The position numbers were made by a program, and so were the translations under genes. Below the pieces are notes generated by a model. It searched no databases. It was not told the DNA's origin and saw only the letters and a list, made by a program, of their open reading frames with translations. Positions 58,783-64,000 of a stretch of DNA of 64,000 nucleotides are shown here, in pieces (position 1 is the stretch's first letter; the number at the start of each line of letters is the position of its first letter). The DNA lies in IMG/VR virus record IMGVR_UViG_3300033121_001553, positions 32,001 to 96,000 of that record. One strand, given 5' to 3'. The stretch is from a virus (lineage: Duplodnaviria > Caudoviricetes).

Positions 58783-61773
58783 TCAAACGAACTCAACGCC
58801 CGAATTTGTGATGATGAAGTCAAGCGAGATGTATTCAGCTGCTCTGATCGGCACAACAATGATTGCGCCGTTAAGCCTTTGTGCTTCAACATCTACTTGC
58901 GAGTTATTTGTGCTATCCATGATTATCTTGAACGACTTGATACCAGTCTGCGCCTGGATCAGTCCAAGCTGCAGTGTTGCGTCTGCCTTGAACTTATCTC
59001 TTGTCGTCTGCGTATTCTGCTCAAATACCATACGTGTCGCGATATCGATAATCGTACGCTTCACTTCTAGCATCAGTCTTCTTACGTTCACTCTATCGAG
59101 CGCCGAAGGATTGAGCTGAAGTGTCTTCTGACCGAAGATCACGTAACCTGTACGTGGAAGATTTGCGATTGGATTGATACGAACATCTTGCAGACGATCT
59201 CTGTCTGCGACGCTCAAACGTGTTCTTGCATTCTTCACGAAATCAAGCGATGTTCTGTTGAAACCCGCAGGAGCAAACCATGGCTGGCTCAACTTGTCGT
59301 TCAAACCTATCGCAGCGAATGCTGCGACTGATGCTGGGACGAGAACGCGTCGCTTGTTCACGGTATCCTCTGCGTACACATCTGGGAAGTATGTGCTACC
59401 GTAGTTGTTGTCTATCACACGTCCATCGAACAGACTCGTCGTCTTATCAACGTCTGGTGGCGATGTCGAGTCATCGTACAGGCGGTTACCAGAGTCGTCA
59501 TAAGATGGAATATCCATGATGTAAAGCGCCATGGCGTATTCCTTCGTCTTCTTCAGCGCATAGTCAGTCATGTAAGACTCACGTATGCCTGGAATGACAA
59601 GCAGGTTCGTTCTAACTTCCATTGGATCTGTCATAACATCTACTGCTTTGATGTATGAGTTTACAGTATTGTTGTCTTTACCAACGCCACCGCAATTGTA
59701 GAGCAAGCCAGGACTTACATACGAACTCTCTGCGCCACCATTCGTATCGAACGACGATGCCTTATCGTTCATTCTTCTTGCATTTCTGTCGAGCGTATTG
59801 AAACCATCGAAACCGCCAGCCAAGAATGTTGAGAACTTCGCGAATCCAGAGAATCTGTTGAAGTCAGCTGAGCTTGTCTGTGCGACGAGCGTTGCAAGCG
59901 TTATTCTGCTTCCGAACGTACCATCGTTGATTCTGTAGTCAGATCCGTTGATAACGCCATCACGCAGATACGCCGCTGTTTTCATGTGATCGCTGACAGA
60001 GCCAGTCAGATCAGCAACTGCGCCGTTAGCAAATGCAACCTTTGCAAGTGTAAACTTATTGTCGTTCTGTGTATCAACGCCAGATCCCGTTAGAACAGCA
60101 TCAAGCAGCCCGATCCCGACAAACTTTGAGTACGCTTCAACAACAGCATTCTTCTCAGACGAGATATTTGGGTTGAGTGGATCGTTATTGCGTTCAAACT
60201 TCACACCCCAGCAGTAGTTCTGATTCACAACTTCAAGTGATCCTGCTGCACCTGGGAATGATGGAGAAGTTGGCGAATCGCCCTTTGTCACCTTGAACCT
60301 GAACGGAAGCGGTGGAACAATCGAGTTAGCAAGCAAACCAACTCCGGTGCCCGCGAGTCTTGTAGTCGTATTATCATCTGTTAGCGCATCGTTTGTCTTC
60401 AGCGATGAAAAACCTCTGAAGCCGAATGGTAGCGAACGAGCTGGTACAAGAGCGCGTTTTACTGCGTCTGTTACGTTTACTCTTATGTACTTCGATCTGT
60501 TCTTGTAGTTGCCAGTCGTGATAAGACGTCTGTCTGAGTCAAATGTTGAGTCGAAGTTGTAGTAAGACTTCTGATCGCCTATCAAACGTGCGATGAATCT
60601 TTCTGACGAAGGATCTAGCGAGCAGTTAGGGAACTGCTCTAGCACATTTTGATTTGCGTCGTTATCATCCCAGCTACGAACAAGAACCGTAAATGTTCCA
60701 TATGGTTTTGACTCATCTGGCGACATTTTCAAGTTGGTTATCGTAATCTTGTAAAGATTATTCGCGTATTCGCCATCATCAAGCGCTTCAAACGAGAACA
60801 AGTCGTACTCAGTACCACCAAATGGCTGCGAAATGAACATCGTTGTCGATGGAGTTGAGTAGCGAACGTCGAAATGACCGTACGCATCTCTGAAGATCAT
60901 CGTTGTGTCACCACTTGTCGTAGACGTGCTCGCAGAACCCGACAGTACAGCGACAGCGTCAGCAGACGCAACTTCATCATCTACTGCGTAGTCTGCCCAT
61001 AGCAGATGCTGCTCCTCGACAAACTTATCTGGATCGCGGTTCAACAGCTTGCCGATATAGTTCTTGCTACCCGGATTCAGAGATGCTGAGAACACCTTCA
61101 CGCCAGCACGACCATCTGCATTTGACCATGACGAACCAAGACTTGACGAGATAACAAGCTTAAACAGCCCGCTTGACATCGCAGCGTAGTCATCGACAGC
61201 AGTGTTCAGACCAGCTGGCATCGCCTCAGCGCCGCCAAGAACCATCAGTCTTGCGCCAGATGGCATGAGCACCATAGCTCTAATGATGCTGCCTGTCGTT
61301 GGTCCCCATGACGTATTGTCTGTGAACATCGGCATACCAGCTGCTTCATTCGCAGAAAATGTATGCGACGCTGCAATAAACTGTACTGCGCCTTTGTGTC
61401 TGTTATCTCCAGACCCTACTGATGTGCCTGTAACAACAAATCCTGCATTCTTTACCTGACCAGTTCTAAGCGTTTTTTCAATTTCGCCAGTTGATGAATT
61501 GGCTCCAGCGCCAAGCACTCTACAGTACGTAAGCGACGGTCTGTTCTTCAGGTACTCTGTTGCGGCGTACGTACCGTACATCTTTGGATCAACGTTGCCA
61601 AATACGCCGACGTACTGATCCAAGCTGCCAACTGTCGTTGGTACGAAAGCAGGACCTTTCTTGCTTGTTCCAATAACGCCCGCTGGGGTACCTGCAGGCG
61701 AAGCCTCAGCTGGCGCCGATAGATCTATCTCACGTTCGTAGTAGTTCGGCGATTTATACGTCTGTTCAGGCAT
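58783..61773 (-). CDS. Tail sheath protein, copy 1
   Basis: SPNYYEREIDLS, KGPAFVP, PWFAPAGFNR, FGQKTL and DRVNVRRL motifs. Confidence 0.93.
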   Translation of the reverse strand: MPEQTYKSPNYYEREIDLSAPAEASPAGTPAGVIGTSKKGPAFVPTTVGSLDQYVGVFGNVDPKMYGTYAATEYLKNRPSLTYCRVLGAGANSSTGEIEKTLRTGQVKNAGFVVTGTSVGSGDNRHKGAVQFIAASHTFSANEAAGMPMFTDNTSWGPTTGSIIRAMVLMPSGARLMVLGGAEAMPAGLNTAVDDYAAMSSGLFKLVISSSLGSSWSNADGRAGVKVFSASLNPGSKNYIGKLLNRDPDKFVEEQHLLWADYAVDDEVASADAVAVLSGSASTSTTSGDTTMIFRDAYGHFDVRYSTPSTTMFISQPFGGTEYDLFSFEALDDGEYANNLYKITITNLKMSPDESKPYGTFTVLVRSWDDNDANQNVLEQFPNCSLDPSSERFIARLIGDQKSYYNFDSTFDSDRRLITTGNYKNRSKYIRVNVTDAVKRALVPARSLPFGFRGFSSLKTNDALTDDNTTTRLAGTGVGLLANSIVPPLPFRFKVTKGDSPTSPSFPGAAGSLEVVNQNYCWGVKFERNNDPLNPNISSEKNAVVEAYSKFVGIGLLDAVLTGSGVDTQNDNKFTLAKVAFANGAVADLTGSVSDHMKTAAYLRDGVINGSDYRINDGTFGSRITLATLVAQTSSADFNRFSGFAKFSTFLAGGFDGFNTLDRNARRMNDKASSFDTNGGAESSYVSPGLLYNCGGVGKDNNTVNSYIKAVDVMTDPMEVRTNLLVIPGIRESYMTDYALKKTKEYAMALYIMDIPSYDDSGNRLYDDSTSPPDVDKTTSLFDGRVIDNNYGSTYFPDVYAEDTVNKRRVLVPASVAAFAAIGLNDKLSQPWFAPAGFNRTSLDFVKNARTRLSVADRDRLQDVRINPIANLPRTGYVIFGQKTLQLNPSALDRVNVRRLMLEVKRTIIDIATRMVFEQNTQTTRDKFKADATLQLGLIQAQTGIKSFKIIMDSTNNSQVDVEAQRLNGAIIVVPIRAAEYISLDFIITNSGVEFV

Positions 61774-61811
61774 TTTTAATTTATCTCCATCTAGGCTTTC
61801 AGCAATCGCTA

Positions 61812-63056
61812 TTACGATTTGTTACTAGCTCGAATAATTACACCGCTCTCAAGCCGAAACACGCGTTCGCCAAAGTTACGTGATGTTATTCTGCTTCTTA
61901 CAAATGTTCCATTGACGTACGTGCCTCTGTAAGGTGATGCAGCATACGGATCAGACGGATTCAAAAACTTTTTTTTCTTTGGATCGTTATAAAGTTGATC
62001 GTATTTTGAAAGACGAGGCAAAGTTGGATCTTGCGCGTAATAGTTTGGATCGATCAGCTCTTCTAGCTTCTCATTTTCTTCACGCTCACCAGCTTCTGAC
62101 GCATCGATATCAAACCCTATGTACGCAGGCGACACAAAACTACGTGTTGCAACGGGTGCGCCAGGTTCATCTCCTGGTATATGATACGCAGGTACGCTTA
62201 GCTGAAATTTGTATTTCACGATTCTTTCAGCTTTCTTCATATCATCAAAGTTATTTTCTGGATCGTACGCTTCAGACACATAAGCAACGAACCAGTAACC
62301 TTTGCTTGTTGAAATTCTTATCGTTCTCTCGCCTGTCGGCAAGTAAGATGCAAACAACTGCTGCATCATCTGATTCATATGAGTTACATACTGTGTCCAA
62401 AAAACAACTTCGTAGTTAGCTGTGTAGAACTGTGGTGATGGTAGCTGCACGTACTCCCACACACGATTAGTATCATCAGTTCTAATAAACGCTCCATCGA
62501 CAACATCGCTGTCAGACTTATTCATATGCGCAAGTTCATCGTCTGACGCAAGCATGTACTGATCGATCTGCGATGGTTCTACGGCTAGCGATTTATCATT
62601 TGGTATCGCATCTCTGTTCATCGGTCTTTGCGTATTAACGTCTGCTTGCGAAAGCAAACGTTTAATAACAAAATTGCCAGTCGACTGATTCATACCACGC
62701 CCAGTAATATCTTTTACTGGATCTTGAACGATACCTGTTCGTCTTATAGAAATAAGCGGAAGTATGAGATTACCGTTCTTGTCTCGAACTCCGAGATCGC
62801 GTTTCATCATTGCCCAACGCTCTCCGCTTGCAAAAACAACGGGAACTTTTTTAGCATTAGACGTATTCGTGCCAATAACTGTGAATCTGATGCCTTCGTC
62901 AAATGCTGTAGCAACAGCAACGTCAACATCTTCTATACCACACGACGGAACATTGACAGACGCTAGCTGTCCAGCGTAGCCAGACGGCGTTCCATCGCTG
63001 CTACCAGCTTCGTACCGTGTTACTGTGTCTGTGCTGGGGCCGCGTGTCGTTGGCAT
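61812..63056 (-). CDS. Tail completion/terminator protein (gp15-like)
   Basis: KVPV....ERW, LPLISIRR and MNQM motifs; position between neck and sheath genes. Confidence 0.6.
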   Translation of the reverse strand: MPTTRGPSTDTVTRYEAGSSDGTPSGYAGQLASVNVPSCGIEDVDVAVATAFDEGIRFTVIGTNTSNAKKVPVVFASGERWAMMKRDLGVRDKNGNLILPLISIRRTGIVQDPVKDITGRGMNQSTGNFVIKRLLSQADVNTQRPMNRDAIPNDKSLAVEPSQIDQYMLASDDELAHMNKSDSDVVDGAFIRTDDTNRVWEYVQLPSPQFYTANYEVVFWTQYVTHMNQMMQQLFASYLPTGERTIRISTSKGYWFVAYVSEAYDPENNFDDMKKAERIVKYKFQLSVPAYHIPGDEPGAPVATRSFVSPAYIGFDIDASEAGEREENEKLEELIDPNYYAQDPTLPRLSKYDQLYNDPKKKKFLNPSDPYAASPYRGTYVNGTFVRSRITSRNFGERVFRLESGVIIRASNKS

Positions 63057-63067
63057 CTAAACGTAAA

Positions 63068-63727
63068 TAACTCGTCGTAAAACGTGTTACCAGCAGTGGT
63101 GCTATTTTTATCCGAAATTTCTCTCTGACCTTCTATCGGTGGATCCAACGTACCATTTTCCTGGAGCTCTCTCTTGTCACCAGTCATACCCTCTTTGTTC
63201 TCTGGCAGGCCACGCTGTTGAACAAATGTTTTTTGAACAGCGTCTGGATCTGTGTATCTCTCGTCTGTTGGACCAAATATCTTTGTCTTGAAGTTAGACT
63301 CGCGTGCTGTTACGCCAATAAGCTTCACGCCGTCTGTGCGCTCTACCTGACCGTAGATGGCACGCATGTACGTAATTTCTGTTACTTCAAAGAACAAAGA
63401 ACCGTAAGAGAAAAAATCTCCAATTGACAGCTCTATCTGCTTGTCAAGCATATCTCTGTAATGCAGATACGCCTCTATCGTGTACGTATTTTCGTAGCTG
63501 AATGTGTCGATCTTTGCGTCACGTTCTGGTTGACCGACGATCGCATCAAGCACGATCGGATTCTCAAAAATTTTCTCCGGACTTTCGTTGTAGACAGAAT
63601 TTGCGCGCGTCTTGACTTCAGATATCGAATAGTAGTAGATCTTCTGACCGACGACATCTTTGATGTACTCTTTTGTTATATCGCTTATGAAATTAATTTC
63701 ACGTTCAGTTACAAATAGTCTTGCCAT
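63068..63727 (-). CDS. Neck/head-closure protein (gp14-like)
   Basis: GQKIYYY, VYNE...K.F and IGDF..Y...FFEV motifs. Ends FYDE-TTA 11 nt before the next ATG (the standard stop at 63020 overlaps the next gene). Confidence 0.7.
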
Positions 63728-63730
63728 CTG

Positions 63731-64000
63731 TCATCCTATAAAGATCGGTTTTGCGATCGGCACGTAGGCAAGCTGTTTTGCAATATTCTCAGCTCGTAGC
63801 GCTTCTTTTTCTTGCAGCTTATCGCTCGTAAGCTCCTTCAGCCACTCTACGATTGTGTCTACAAGCTTTGTTTTGTCTTCACGCGCTTGCGCTATCAGCT
63901 CTGCTCCATTCAGCTTCAAGTCTGCGCCCGGTATTGGGATTGTTTCAAGCTTCGTGCGTACAATGCCGAGCAGCTCTTTGCACAATGCTAGACAGTACTC
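63731..64000 (-). CDS. Neck protein (gp13-like), C-terminal part
   Basis: Frame open to the window edge: EYCLALCKELLG.VR.K...IP.PG....LNG.EL...A, ending P.FIG. Confidence 0.75.
   Translation of the reverse strand, partial: EYCLALCKELLGIVRTKLETIPIPGADLKLNGAELIAQAREDKTKLVDTIVEWLKELTSDKLQEKEALRAENIAKQLAYVPIAKPIFIG

Noticed and set aside
136-63718. Numerous plus-strand ORFs (up to 300 aa, e.g. 48461..49363)
   Set aside because: They are antisense shadows of minus-strand genes with no recognisable motifs. Absence of in-frame TTA on the coding strand removes antisense TAA stops and lengthens them.
1-64000. TAG or TGA stop-to-sense recoding, as in many large phages
   Set aside because: Long core genes are intact under the standard stops. 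TAG cleanly ends 13722..14165, 22664..23224 and the 52877 ORF, and TGA ends many genes with ATGA overlaps.
1-64000. Simple TTA avoidance (bldA-like rare codon) without termination
   Set aside because: It explains the internal absence but not the placement of TTA at family C-termini, the TTATG overlap at 6187, or the TTA-only separation of distinct genes. It remains the main null model until genome-wide counts are done.
1-64000. tRNA, rRNA, CRISPR array or transposase
   Set aside because: Intergenic gaps are short, and I saw no cloverleaf, repeat-spacer pattern or transposase motif by eye. tRNAscan and Infernal were not run.
41551-64000. Bacterial contractile injection system or tailocin instead of a phage
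   Set aside because: It is contiguous with neck genes and a full phage-type replication and nucleotide module on one strand, with no bacterial housekeeping context.

Overview
A 64-kb segment of a large contractile-tailed (jumbo-type myovirus) phage. About 71 tightly packed genes all lie on the minus strand. In transcription order (right to left) the window holds: (1) neck and tail genes, with two ~1000-aa tail sheath paralogs, tube, chaperone, tape measure and baseplate; (2) replication and nucleotide metabolism, with a short family-A polymerase, gp32-like SSB, RecA, dUTPase, 5'-3' exonuclease, DnaB-like helicase, DNA methylase, intein-containing class II RNR, ThyX, all-alpha NTP pyrophosphatase and DnaE; (3) a probable cytosine hydroxymethylation/glycosylation cluster, stress genes (SOD, Dps-like, HSP20), lysis genes and many hypothetical proteins sharing an N-terminal propeptide-like helix. 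The most striking signal is that TTA (UUA, normally Leu) appears to act as a fourth stop codon. It is absent from every gene body I read codon by codon (0 of about 100 Leu codons in five ORFs or segments of AT-rich DNA). Yet about 20 genes have an in-frame TTA at or near the C-terminus, often exactly where the protein family ends. Treating it as a stop removes implausible overlaps and two apparent fusions, and produces TTATG stop/start couplings. TAA, TAG and TGA are all still used as stops. Feature coordinates below use the TTA-as-stop model where it applies, with the standard-code end noted. All product calls come from motif recognition by eye, not database searches.
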